Made by a program: the position numbers and the translations under genes
Part shown: one piece after another, positions 12,397-24,967 of the stretch
Position numbering within the stretch: position 1 is the stretch's first letter
How the letters are laid out: every line of letters starts with the position of its first letter
From: Eledone cirrhosa
Taxonomy: Eukaryota
Assembly: GCA_964016885.1 (NCBI GenBank)
Contig: OZ024740.1
Location: forward strand, 50,778,001 to 50,842,000
DNA length: 64,000 nt
Direction: 5' to 3'
The notes under the pieces: model-generated
What the model was told of the DNA's origin: nothing
Database searches by the model: none
What the model saw: the letters and a program-made list of their open reading frames with translations, nothing else

Positions 12397-12959
12397 GGAA
12401 AACAAAACATAAAAAAGCCTTCTGGATTCTTAAAAACTAAAATTTCTCACAGACACATAAATTACGTTAGTACTTTTTTTTTATTGCCTTTAAGTAAGTC
12501 TGTAAGCTGCATGTTTGAAATACATGTACCATATGTACTGAAACAGGAGTAGGAACTGTAATTATGTCCATTGAAACAAGGCCACAGATTTGTAGGAAAC
12601 ATTAATAAACTCTAGCACATGTCAAGTAGTAGTTAATGATGTTGATGCTTAGCTTTAGATCAGGTGGTTGAATAGACCCATGATCCAAAGTATGCCAGAT
12701 GTGACCATGCAGTCTTTGTTTTTGGTTGTTATTTTTTTTTACACACAGTCAATCTAGGATTGCATCAACCAATCTGTGCTACTTTTTTTTTGTTTTATCT
12801 TTCAAATGGCATGGGGTGTGATTTCAGGGAGATTTGGTACTTAGAAAGATGAAAGACAACTTCAACAGGATTTGAATTGGGAACCTTAATGGACTTACCT
12901 AAATACTCAAAGTATTCAGTGACAGACTCAGGTTTCACTTCCTAACATGTCAAAGATCA

Positions 12960-13450
12960 CAAGCTGTTGACGTATCAACTGCTTTCCAATAGGTTTGTCA
13001 TTGAACCTGTAGCAGTGGAGACTTCCAGCATTCTTGGTTCACAGACCACCATTATTACCACATGATGTAAGGGCTATTCCAATGCATTTCCATTACAATC
13101 CTCTAGGACAGGGGTTCTCAAACTTTTTGGGCCACCGCCCCCTTCACGACCACGTAACACCCTCAGCACCCCTTCCTATTTCCAGAGAGACTTGCCTACA
13201 TGCAAATTGTAAATAATATACAATAAATAAAATCGTTAATTTATATATAATAAATAATATAATATGTATAAATAAATGTTACATATTTTTTATTTTACTA
13301 TATTTATATATAATATGTATAATTTGATATTTAATATACTATTATATCATCTCTACCCCCTCATCACCTCCTTAGGTTCTAACGACGCCCACTTTGAGAA
13401 CCTCTGCTCTAGGGCAACACTTTCACTATTCTGTCCACAGGGACCATGAG
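12960..13450 (+). mobile_element. Old RLE-type (CRE-like) LINE 3' remnant, split by the hAT MITE
   Basis: EPVAVETSSILG upstream and an ...RGN motif across the MITE insertion site. Confidence 0.4.
13109..13406. mobile_element. hAT (Charlie-type) MITE
   Basis: TIRs caggggttctcaaa / tttgagaacctctg (13 of 14 match); 8-bp TSD ctctagga / ctctaggg. Confidence 0.88.
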
Positions 13451-14279
13451 GCAGTCAGTGCCTGGGGTTCTACATACCAGATCATGCTCTCCAACACCTT
13501 CTGGACCCGTATCATTGGGGTAGCAATGTTTGAGAACACTTTTGGGGTTTAAGGCAACATGACAATGCAGAATAAGTAACAATGTTAAATGATATAAATA
13601 TATATTGGTTTTAATCTACAACTCCATCAGCCTAGTTATACTGCTTTTTCAGTGTTCTTTCAAGTGTGTGTGTGTGCATATGTGTGCTTATGCATGTGCG
13701 TGTGTGAAACCAAATTGAAGGGTTGTGAACAATTAGTTGGGGCCTTTATCCAGTTCGATAATTATTTTGGTTCTCTGTATTCAATTTTTTCTTCCATCAT
13801 GTTGAGGTTGATAAATAATGTACCAACCAAGTATTGGGAAATCTCTCTCTCTCTCTTTGCTCTCTCTCTCTCTCACTATATATATATTAGCTACATTGAA
13901 AGGATCAAGAAAGAAGTGTTCTCATCATATCCTCAACGATCATTCCATCACCACTCTGTGGCTATACTAAACAATATACAAAGAAAGACCAACACTACAT
14001 TGCAACTGTAACCAATAAGGTAGTTGGCCTTCATTAATGGTTTGATGTTACCATCACTGTATTTTAATTGTAACCAAGAGGCGGAGGAATCAACTAACTG
14101 TCAGCGCATAACAATTAATTAGTCCAGTACATTAAGTGATAAATGAGAACAATTAACTCCTGTAAGCAGCAATGGCATCAACATCTGACTACTTGGTCTT
14201 GTGGTGTCATGTGGTGTCATGTGATGTCATGTGCAACTAGGGATGCTACTAAGAGGACCAAATGCAGTAGTGCTAATGC

Positions 14280-14900
14280 ATGAAAAACAAATGCAAAGCT
14301 GTACCCTGTTATCTTCCACATGCAGCGTGATAGGACAATACAAAGATGGCATCTGAACTACAAGGTGCCAATGATTGGAAAGTACAGTTTGACTTGAAGA
14401 AAACATTTGTATTTCTGAGTCATACTGTTATAACAATGCAATTCCCTGACACTTGATAAAATAAGTCTCAATTGCTTAGCTTGAGAAGGCAATATGCTTA
14501 GCTTGAGAAGGCAATATGGAGTGGGCACATAAAAGAAAGAACCTGAAATATGAAGAACTTAGGGAGTTGTGTGAAGGATGAAGATTGCAATGTATATTGC
14601 TTCCAGTAGATGTGGTATGTCATGGATTTGTTGTGAGATCTACTACATTCTACCTGGCAGGTATTGGACTTAGAAATGAGAGTGATGTGGTGATTCAAGA
14701 ACTAAAGAAGGAAGCAGAAAATGTTTCATTATGGATAAAGCAGAAGCATTTGTGAGAAAGACCAATACTGAAAGCAGAGAGAAGTAAAGCAGTAAGGAGT
14801 AAAGGACTGGACAGGTTATAACAGCATGTAGATTCTTGTGATGGCTGCATGAATAACAAAAGGGAAAATTGTGCTACAGAGTGAGCCATAAAAACTGGAC
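14280..14900 (+). mobile_element. Hero-like RLE LINE 3' remnant
   Basis: KYEELRELCEG*RLQCILLPVDVVCHGF..KEAENVSLWI resembles the Hero C-terminus. Confidence 0.55.
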
Positions 14901-15685
14901 ACTCGCTGATAGTTGCAAATACAATAGATATATATGTATGTGTGTGTGTGCGTGTGCGTCTGTGTGTGTGTGCAGGTATGGCCGTGTGGTTAAGAACTTT
15001 GATTTGAATCTCACTGCATTTTACTTTGGGTAAATGTCTTCTATTATAGCTTAAGCCAACTAATGCCTTATTAGTGAATTTGATAGACAGAAACTGTAAA
15101 AAAGCTCATTGTATCTCTGTGTGTGTGTGTAGGCATGGCTGTGTGGTTAACAAGTTTGCTTCTATTTTTACTAATGTTTAATGAAGTCAACGTTTCCTAT
15201 TAAAATATGATCTATACTCTACTTATATGCATTGAGTGCCCACTCAGTTAATGTTTGACTGATTTTTACATCAAACACATCCATTTATACACACAACTGA
15301 AGAGGGGACCTGTCTCTGGTTTGTGCCTTCGTTTCATTTCTAAATACACTTTATCAATATATATATATATATAAATAAAATTAAAGTTCTGTTCGCATGC
15401 CAACACAAGAGCAAGAATGAAGGGTTCATTCTACTGACATGGCTATAAAATTGAGGCAAACGAATCGAATGTTATTATTAATATTCGAAAAACTCAAATT
15501 ACATCTAGTATATATATATATATATAGTAATAATAATAAATTTGAAGACTAAAATCCAAAGAGGGCTCGATAAGGATAAATATATATCAAATATATAAGA
15601 ACCATAGAGCAAATATTTATATATATTAAAATACATTATGAATGTATCTTAAAGCATCTATACATACACACACCACATACTCATA

Positions 15686-15752
15686 TACATATCCTCGAAA
15701 AGGCTTGCTGAACACACAAGCTGAAACCGCTTGGCGCCATGGTTGGGATATT
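15686..15752 (+). ncRNA. Degenerate type I hammerhead ribozyme motif
   Basis: Stem I atatcc/ggatat, stem II ggcttg/caagct, GAAA, stem III acc..ggt, GUU site. The CUGANGA core is mutated. Second copy at 31623. Confidence 0.5.
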
Positions 15753-15770
15753 ACACATCTATCTATACAC

Positions 15771-16471
15771 ATATACTGTATATACATGGTGGTCCAAAAA
15801 AAAGTATCCATTTTTGATAAAGTAGCATTTTCTATTGAAAGGAAAACTTTACAATTTTTTTCCATAGACCTGTCTTACAGACATGTAAGTTTTGTGTGGT
15901 ATAAGTTTTTTCCTCGCATACCACCATTTTGTGAGCACAGCTCAATAGTTTATAATATGCTCGATCCAAGCTCCTTGGCACTGAATCACTGTGGCTACTC
16001 GCACATTGAAGTTTGTGATGTGATGTGATTTTCTGTCCTGACTGACCGTGGCCGGCCACTGCGACCTTTAATGTTATCTGTACACTTCCCTTCTACCTGA
16101 ATTTGTCCAGGAGGCGCTTTATTGTGAGTCTGGTTGTCCAAACTCAACAACAATTTTGGAGGGACTTTCCAGGTATATTGGAGGGACTGGCCACGGTCAG
16201 TCAGGACAGAAAATCACATCACATCACAAATTTCAATGTGCGATTAGCCACAGTGATTCAGCGCCAAGGAGCTTGGATCGAGCATATTATAAACTATTGA
16301 GCTGTGCTCACAAAATGGTGGTATGCAAGGAAAAAACTTATACCACACAAAACTTACATGTCTGTAAGACAGGTCTATGGAAAAAAATTGTAAAGTTTTC
16401 CTTTCAATAGAAAATGCTACTTTATCAAAAATGGATACATCTTTTTGGACCACCATGTATATACAGTATAT
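15771..16471. mobile_element. Tc1/mariner-type MITE with about 280 bp inverted arms
   Basis: Arms 15771-16053 and 16189-16471 are near-identical; termini TA|catggtggtccaaaa. Confidence 0.75.
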
Positions 16472-16833
16472 ATACACACACAGAGAAAAAAAACGTGGGG
16501 AGTGGAGAGCAGTGTGGATGGGGGATACAACTCCTTGTTCTGTCACAGTGGAATTGTAGATTGTGGCTGTCAGTTGAATTGATGGGGGTTGGTAGTTTCA
16601 GGTTACCTTTACTGTAGAAATTCCATCGATGGAGATGAGGGTGGTGAGACTGAAGGGTGGAATGAGTAGAATAATAGTAGAACTGCGTTATGTATGTATT
16701 GGCATTTTCACTAATGATGGTGCGATATTGTGTGTGTATGAGTGGTATATATATATATATATATATATAATACATATATATATGTATACATATATATATA
16801 TATATGTATTTATGTGTATATATATATACACAT

Positions 16834-16872
<39 letters not shown>

Positions 16873-16873
<1 letters not shown>

Positions 16874-17990
16874 CATCATCATCATCATCACCGTTTTACG
16901 TCCGTTCTTCCACGCTAGCATGGGTTAGACGGGTTGTCCTGTTGTGGGCAGTGTCTGGTCGGCTGACCATGCCTTGCTCATACAGGAACTGATCTGGCTT
17001 GATTTCTACAGCTGGATGCCCTTCCTAACACCAACCTCATTTACAGTGAGTGCTGGGTGCTTTTTCGTGGCGCCTACACGTCCACTTTACAGTGTGGGCT
17101 GGGTGCTTTTTTGCCGTGGCACCTCCACGACCACCTTGCGGGGGGGCGGGGGGGGGGGGCATATTGTTTATATGCTTCAGCATGTACCCATGGGAGGTCG
17201 GGTACCCTGTATTACTGCGTGACGCCAGAAGTCACGGTCGTGTGTCATTGACTTTGAGAGGTGTAGTTGGGTAAGGTCGGCTTTTATCACCTCATCCCAA
17301 GTCATCTTGGGTCTCCCCACTCCGCGGTTTCCATCAACTTCTAGTGCTCTGCACCTTTTTATGCAGCTGTCATCCTTCATACGCATCACATGTCCATACC
17401 AGCGTAACCGCCTCTCCTGCACGCAGCATTTGATTCCTCTTATGCTCAGTCTCTCTCTCAATTCATTTATGCTTTGTCGTTCACGTATATTACTGTTACA
17501 CATCCATCGGAGCATGCAGGCTTCGTTTCTCTCTAATCTACGTAAGTCTTCCACCTTCAGCGCCCAGGTCTCACTACCATGCAACATCGCTGTTCGGATA
17601 CACGCATCATACAGTCTGCCTTTCATTCTGAGGGAGAAGCCTTTTGCAGCTAGCAGTGGTAGTAGTTCCCTAAACTTCTTCCATCCCGTTCTTACCCTAG
17701 TTATTGTACTTTCTGAGCACCCACCTCCGTTGCTAATTCGGTCACCTAGGTAGCAGAAGCTGTCTACTGTTTCTACAGGGCCCTCCCAGAGATTGGTGGT
17801 ACTTGTTTCCTGTGGCTGTTTGCTTGCTGTTTCAGCACAGCTGCTGCATGTGAATCCTACATTCTTAATTAAGCTTCCTGAGATCCCGCTACATCTCTTG
17901 TGTACCCATTGTTTGCATTTGGGGCAGAGAATGGAGTTCCTACCTACACCTTTCCTACATACTGAGCAAGGCCATTTCCCTACATTTCCC
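16873..17990 (-). mobile_element. RTE LINE 3' fragment
   Basis: ORF 17177-17626 (MLHGSETW, RRLRWYGHVMR, GRPKMTW), PHD and tail. Confidence 0.92.
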
Positions 17991-18064
<74 letters not shown>

Positions 18065-18093
18065 CACATATATATATATATATATATATATAT

Positions 18094-18331
18094 CATCATC
18101 ATCATCATCATTTTACGTCCGCTTTTCCCTGCTTGCAAGGGTGGGACGGGAACTGATTCTGGTTTGATTTCTACAGCTGGATGCCCTTCCTAACACCAAC
18201 CTCATTTACAGTGAGTGCTGGGTGATTTTTTTCCGTGGCACCTCCACGACCACTTTGCAATGGAATGATATGGACCCCAGTCCCTATCATCTCATTTCTA
18301 CAGCTGAGTAAACTGGAGCAATGTGAAATAA
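18094..18331 (-). mobile_element. 5'-truncated tRNA-SINE (short tail)
   Basis: Matches the 3' part of the 5351 copy. Confidence 0.85.
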
Positions 18332-18414
18332 ACACATATATATATATATGTATATACACATACATATATATATATATATAAATATATATATATATACACA
18401 TAACATACATGTAT

Positions 18415-19258
18415 ATATACGTGAACGGCAAAGCATAAACGAACTAAGGGAGAAATTAAAAATAAGAGGGATCAGATGTTGTTTACTCGAGAGAAGACTA
18501 CGTTGGTACGGTCACGTGATACGCATGAAAGACGACAGCTGTATAAAAAAGTGCAGGGCGATATAAATAGACGGTAGCCACGGAGTAGGCAGACCCAGAG
18601 AAACCTGCGACGACTTGATAAATTCCGACCTCACACACTTACAACTCTCCAAGACAATGTCACTGGACCGAGATCTTTGGCGCTACACAGTTATACAGAA
18701 GACCCGCCTTGCCTAAGTACAAAGCGAAACCTACAGTCAGTAGGCACCTCTAACAAAATACACCCCCGTCCCACTACCCCCCGTCCCACTACCCCCACCC
18801 CATCCATACCACTCCCTTAAATGTAAAGTTATGTTGGTACCACAACATCCAGTCCGAAACAAATGAGGTCGTGTAGGTGTCACGACAAAAAAACACACAG
18901 TCCACGCTGTAATGTGGCCATGTAGGTAACACGGTAAAAACCTCCCAGTACACACTGTAAACGTGGTTGGTGTTGGGAAGGGCACCCAGCCGTAGAAAAC
19001 CCGCCATACGTGTAGGTGTCACGACAATAAAACACACAGTCTACGCTGTAATGTGGCCATGTAGGTAATACGGTAAAAACCTCCCAGTTCACACTGTAAA
19101 CGTGGTTGGTGTTAGGAAGGGCATCCAGCCGTAGAAAATCCGCCAGACAGTCCTGAGCAAGACAACCAATCTTGCCTCAAGTGGGACAATTCCCATCCAG
19201 ACCCATGCTAGCATGGAAAATGGACGTTAAACGATGATGATGATGATGATGATGATGA
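18415..19258 (+). mobile_element. RTE LINE 3' fragment with a duplicated 3'UTR block
   Basis: RRLRWYGHVIR; 18869-19003 is repeated at 19009-19143. Confidence 0.9.
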
Positions 19259-19299
19259 TATACATACAAATACATACACATATATATACATATATACAT

Positions 19300-19660
19300 A
19301 TTGCAACTTTTCCGTTAAAATCCTGTGGATGGTGCTTCGGCAAACCTCAGGAACCAAAGTGCAGAGAGCATCCAGAGTGATCCGACGATATTTACGCATG
19401 TTTTCCTCGGAAGGAGACCTTACTTTTGGGATTGTCCTCGTAATAATAACTGCGCGAAATTCGTACTTGGTGGTAGCGTTCAACGGGAGCTCCATTCTCA
19501 ACGTCTGCCAAGCCAAGATTGAGCATCCCAGCGAAGCACGCGCATGCTTGTTTGGGAGTGAAGGAAGCACCAATCACAACAGTGTTGCCAACAGCCGTAT
19601 GAACAGTTTCTCTGCATCCCCATCGCTTTGGAGACCTTACTTTTGGGCTCATCCTCGTAT
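19300..19660 (-). mobile_element. Mariner transposon remnant (transposase N-terminus plus TIRs)
   Basis: KYEFRAVI..RRITLDALC..RSTIHRILTEKLQY; the TIR-like tacgagga..cccaaaagtaaggtctcc occurs twice. Confidence 0.75.
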
Positions 19661-19920
19661 CAATTCATTTGTCGAGCAATATTTGGCCATGACTGCTACT
19701 ATGGTAGTAAGCTAGCCGCTGTCTTAATAACCACTCGCTTTCCACTGATTGACCTCGATGTCACGTGATTGATTCTTTTTGAATTTGCTACGGACGTAGA
19801 GGCAGTGATTTTCTCAATGGCTTGGAATCCAGTCCACGCATCGCTATTTCCATTCCACTGAATTATTTTTTAATAAGTTTCCAGTGTCCTCGCTATGCCT
19901 GGAGACCTATACGGAAAAAG

Positions 19921-20003
19921 ACTTTCCTGATGACGGAATGATTTTCTATATGTTTCTTCGGAAAATATATTTACTCCATTCCAGAAAGAAATTAGTTGGA
20001 AGT
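19921..20003 (+). ncRNA. Type I hammerhead ribozyme motif (Penelope pLTR-like)
   Basis: actttc-CTGATGA-cggaatg..cattcca-gaaaGAAA-ttag-TT-ggaagt. Stems I and II pair and the core is intact. Confidence 0.65.
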
Positions 20004-20194
20004 GATTTTTTAGTAAGTAAGTTAATTTTATAATTTTCTTATTTTACGTCTCTCATATTATTGTTCTGCAACCCCATGCATTGAACCACATTGTTAATAA
20101 GACAAAACCTATATATTTGCTAGCATTGATATGCATCTGTGTATATAAATGTTACTAGATATAAATTCCTTATATATATATATATATATATATA

Positions 20195-22435
20195 CAATGT
20201 GTCAAGGAAAACAGTGATATTGTCGGGGAGAAGTGTGTACTTAACGATGACGGCGTACTTGCCATCACCGACGCCGATAAGAAGGTAGCTTGGAAGTGTC
20301 ACTATGAAAGGCTACTAAATGAGGAGAATAAATGGGAGAAAGACAGTCTCCCCCACATCGACCCAATAGAGGGACCAGCAGTGTTAGTCGAAGGTAGTAT
20401 AATAAGTAAGGCAATCAAAGATATGAAGACAGGCAAGGCGGCTGGGCCTTCGGAAATAGTTGCCGAGATGCTGAAGGCATCTGGTACGGTGGGACACACC
20501 TTGGTCACCCGGATAGTCAACCAAGTCATACAGAATGGGGTTGTTCCGAAGGACTGGCGTAGCAGCATCATCGTTAACTGTTATAAGGGTAAAGGAGATG
20601 CCCTAGATAGGAGTAACTATAGAGGCATTAAATTAATTGACCAGGTCATGAAGGTCACGGAAAAAGTAATAGCGCAACTAATCAGAGAGCGAATTGATCT
20701 AGATGAAATGCAGTTCGAGTTTGTGTCAGGCAAAAGTACCACAGACGCTCTTTTCATTGTACGACAACTACAGGAGAAGTACCTAGCTAAAAGTAAACCC
20801 CTATACTTAGCTTTCGTCGACTTGGAGAAGGCCTTCGACAGAGTCCCCCGTTCCATTATCTGGTGGGCTCTTAGAAAACTAGGTGTTGATGAATGGCTTG
20901 TGAGAGCTATACAAGCCATGTATAAAGAAACAGTCAGCAAGGTTAGAATTAACAACGAATATAGTGAAGAGTTTAGTGTAAAAGTTGGTGTTCATCAGGG
21001 CTCTGTTCTTAGCCCCCTACTATTTATTATTGCCCTCCAGGCTATAACAGTGGAGTTCAAGACCGGCTGCCCATCGGAAATCCTATACGCAGATGATCTA
21101 ACGCTCATAGCTGAATCAACGGCCGAGCTAGAGAAGAAATTCCAAACATGGAAGCACGGCCTAGAATCAAAAGGCCTTAAAATTAACCTGGCTAAGACTA
21201 AAGTTCTAGTTTGTAAGAAAGAAAATAAGGCGGCGGTCCCCTCCGGGAAGTGGCCATGCGCAGAGTGTAGGAAAGGCGTAGGTAGAAACTCCATTTTGTG
21301 TCCCAAATGCAAAGTTTGGATGCATAAAAGATGTAGTGGGATCACAGGTAAGCTAACTAAGAACATAGATTTTACATGTGGCCGGTGTTCTGGGGCAATA
21401 AGTAGCAGCAAGTGCCCACAAAATACTAGCTCTTTCAACTGCGCAGAGGGTTCTATAGAAATAGTGGACAGCTTCCGTTACCTGGGTGACAAAATCAGCA
21501 GTGGGGGAGGGTGCTCTGAAAGTACAGTAGCTAGAGTCAGAACTGGGTGGAAAAAGTTCAGAGAGCTTATACCACTATTAGCTGCTAAAGGGTTCTCCCT
21601 AAAAATGAAAGGCAGGTTGTACGATGCCTGCATACGAACAGCAATGTTGCATGGCAGTGAGACCTGGGCATTGTGTGCAGAAGATATACGCAGACTAGAG
21701 AGAAACGAAGCTTGCATGCTCCGCTGGATGTGTAATAGTAATATACGTGAACGACAAAGCATAAACGAACTAAGGAAAAAATTAGAAATAAGAGGGATCA
21801 GATGTTGTCTACTCGAGAGAAGGCTACGTTGGTATGGTCACGTGATGCGCATGAAGGACGATAGCTGTATAACAAAGTGCAGGGCAATAAAGATAGACGG
21901 TAGCCACGGAATAGGCAGACCCAGAAAAACCTGGGACGAGCTGATAAACTCCGACCTCACACACTTACACCTCACCAAGACAATGTCACTGGACCGAAAC
22001 CTTTGGCGGTACTCAGTAATAGAGAAAACCCGCCTTACCTAAATACAAAGTAAAACCTACTACAGTCAGTAGGCATCTCTAACAAAATACACCCCCGTCC
22101 CACTACCCCCACCCCATCCACACCGCCCCCTTCTATGTAAAGTTATGTTGGTGCCACACCATCCAGGCCGAAACAAATGAGATCGTGTAGGTGTCACGAC
22201 AAAAAAACACACAGTCCATGCTGTAATGTGGCCGTGTAGGCAACACGGTAAAAACCTCCCAGTCCCACACTGTAAATGTGGTTGGTGTTAGGAAGGGCAT
22301 CCACTGTAGAAAACCTGCCAGACAGTCCTATGCGAGCAAGACAATCACTCTTGACTCAAGTGGGAAAACTCCCGTCCAAACCCATGCAAGCGTGGAACAC
22401 GGACGTTAAACGTTGATGATGATGATGATGATGAT
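20195..22435 (+). mobile_element. RTE LINE, 5'-truncated
   Basis: 553-aa RT ORF, 3'UTR and (GAT)n tail; (TA)n on both sides. Confidence 0.95.
20381..22042 (+). CDS. RTE reverse transcriptase with embedded PHD-type finger (N-terminally truncated)
   Basis: NYRGIKL, FVDLEKAFDRVPR, GVHQGSVLSP, LYADD, CxxC..CxxC..HxxC..CxxC, FRYLG. Confidence 0.9.
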   Translation: MLVEGSIISKAIKDMKTGKAAGPSEIVAEMLKASGTVGHTLVTRIVNQVIQNGVVPKDWRSSIIVNCYKGKGDALDRSNYRGIKLIDQVMKVTEKVIAQLIRERIDLDEMQFEFVSGKSTTDALFIVRQLQEKYLAKSKPLYLAFVDLEKAFDRVPRSIIWWALRKLGVDEWLVRAIQAMYKETVSKVRINNEYSEEFSVKVGVHQGSVLSPLLFIIALQAITVEFKTGCPSEILYADDLTLIAESTAELEKKFQTWKHGLESKGLKINLAKTKVLVCKKENKAAVPSGKWPCAECRKGVGRNSILCPKCKVWMHKRCSGITGKLTKNIDFTCGRCSGAISSSKCPQNTSSFNCAEGSIEIVDSFRYLGDKISSGGGCSESTVARVRTGWKKFRELIPLLAAKGFSLKMKGRLYDACIRTAMLHGSETWALCAEDIRRLERNEACMLRWMCNSNIRERQSINELRKKLEIRGIRCCLLERRLRWYGHVMRMKDDSCITKCRAIKIDGSHGIGRPRKTWDELINSDLTHLHLTKTMSLDRNLWRYSVIEKTRLT

Positions 22436-22439
22436 ATAT

Positions 22440-22476
<37 letters not shown>

Positions 22477-22884
22477 CTTGTTATTCATAATGAACATGTG
22501 AAAAAAGATAGGTGTAGGCTGAAGGAGAATAAATATCAAAAACTGAAACTGAAGCATAGCATGCAAAGGAGGAGGAGGGGTAAGAAGTAAAGGAAGAGGA
22601 AGAAAAGAAAAAAGTAGCGAAGTATGCAGCAGAAAAGAGAGAGGAGAGGATATCTAGTGTAAGGAAAAGAAAGGTGTGAGCATTGAGATGATGAAAGGAA
22701 TATTTAAGGTAGTGGTATTATAGACTTCAGTCTCTCTTGACTGGGCATTACACCTTCTGGCAAGTATCTAAAAGTCAGAGATTGATGCTAAGTAATTTAC
22801 ATCAGATGGAAAAATGATGGTAAATCATGTATGTGTAAATGTGAGGATATGCACACAGACACACAGACACACACAGACACACAA

Positions 22885-22915
<31 letters not shown>

Positions 22916-24967
22916 CCTTTCTAGCTGGGAATGCAGATGATGATGATGACAATGATGATGATGATTATATATATATCAACATCATCATCATCATCATTTT
23001 ATGTCCGCTCTTCCCTGCTTGCAAGGGTGGGATGGGTCTTATTCAGCACAGCATCTCCCCACTCGTCACAGTCCTTCGTCATCTCCACCGTGAGCTTCAA
23101 TGATCTGAGGTCTGTTCTCACCACCTCCGCCCATGTTTTTCGTGGTCTACCTCTACCACATCTTCCTTCAACTGGCATTTCCTGGCACTTCTTCACCCAT
23201 CGGTCATCCTCCATGCGCATCACATGTCCATACCACCTCAGCCTCCTCTCCCGTACACTACATTCTATCCCTCTCAGACACAGTTTCTCTATCAACACAT
23301 TCATGCTGGGTCGTTCACGCACATTTACACTGCACATCCAACGGAGCATGCTTGCCTCATTTCTCTCCAGCCGTCGCATATCCTCTGCAGTTGCTGCCCA
23401 TGTCTCACTACCATGCAGCATCGTGCTCCTCACACAGGCATCATACAACCGGCCTTTCGTACGCAGGAAGAAACCCTTCTTCGTCAGCAGAGGAAGCAGC
23501 TCCCTAAACTTCTTCCAACCCATCCTTATTTTAGATATTATGGCCCTCTCCCATGCTAATCTGATCTCCTAGGTACCGGAAGCTATCCACCACTTCTATA
23601 GCACCCTCCTGCATTTGATAAATGTGTCTATCAATGCGACTTCTACTGTCTAATTTCCCTGTACATCTACTGCATACATATTTCTCCCTACCTGTTAGTT
23701 TGTCTGCTATCCCGCTACATCTCTTGTGTACCCAAGATCTGCATTGTGTGCATTTTATAGAATTTATGCCAGTTCCTTTTCTGCATATCGAACATGGCCA
23801 TTTCCCTGACGGAATCAGAGTTTTGTCCTCTTTTCTACTCATCAACACTTTTGTCTTAGCTAGGTTCACTCTCAGTCCTCTTGCTTCCAACTGCTGTTTC
23901 CATAGCCAGAATTTATTCTCTAGCTCCTCTACTGATTCTGCTATAAGAACCAGATCATCAGCATAGAGAAGTTCCCATGGACAGTCAGTCTTAAACTCCT
24001 CTGTTATGGCTTGGAGGACTATAATGAACAAGAGCGGGCTGAGGACCGAACCTTGATGTACTCCTACATGTATCTGGAATTCCTCACTAAACTCCATTCC
24101 TACCCTGACTTTACTGAGAGTACCTCTGTACAAAGTTTGCACTGTCCTCACAAGCCATTCCTCAACACCTAGTTTACTTAGGGACCACTAGATGACAGAT
24201 CGGGGTACCCTATTTAAAGGCCTTCTCTAGGTCAACAAAGGCTAAATATAGTGGCTTATTTTTCTCTAAGAACCTCTCTTGCAATTGTCTCACCAAGAAG
24301 AGGGCATCTGTTGTACTCTTCCCAGGCACAAAACCAAACTGCATCTCATCTAGTTTGACCCTTTCTCTAATTAGTTGTGCTAATATCCTTTCTGCCACTT
24401 TCATAACCTGATCCATCAGTTTTGTACCCCTATAATTGCTCCTCTCCAGAGCATCCTTTTTACCTTTGTAGCAATTTATGAGAATACTGCTGCACCAGTC
24501 TTTGGGTATGACACCACCATATATAGCCTGATTGCTGATGCATGAAACCAGTTTAGTGCCTACGCCCCCTGATGCCTTCAGCATCTCAGCACCTATTCCC
24601 GATGGTTAGCAGCCTTACCATTTTTCATTTCCTTAATCGCCTCTTGGACCCTATATTTGTCAATCTCAATAGCTGGTCCCTCTGTCGGATCTATTAAGGG
24701 TAATTTCTCTCTCTCCCATTCGTTCTCCACATTCATCAGTCTCTCATAATGACATTTCCGGGCCTCCTTTTTCTGATCATTCGTGACACTAAGTACACCG
24801 GCATCATTCCGGACACATTTATCTCCAACATCCTGATTTGCATTGACACACTGCCTTGCAATGTGGAACACCGCACGCCTCTGATCTTCCCGTCACAGAA
24901 CATTGGCAAACCTCCTACTCTCAGCCTCCCTGCGTGCTAAGTACACCTGATGTCTAGCTTCTCTCTT

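Noticed and set aside
15771-16471. Possible member of the hammerhead palindrome group
   Set aside because: No hammerhead core in the arms; the termini and TA flanks fit a Tc1/mariner MITE.
20302-21762. Long antisense ORFs over RT regions
   Set aside because: Shadow frames of LINE coding sequence with no independent motifs.
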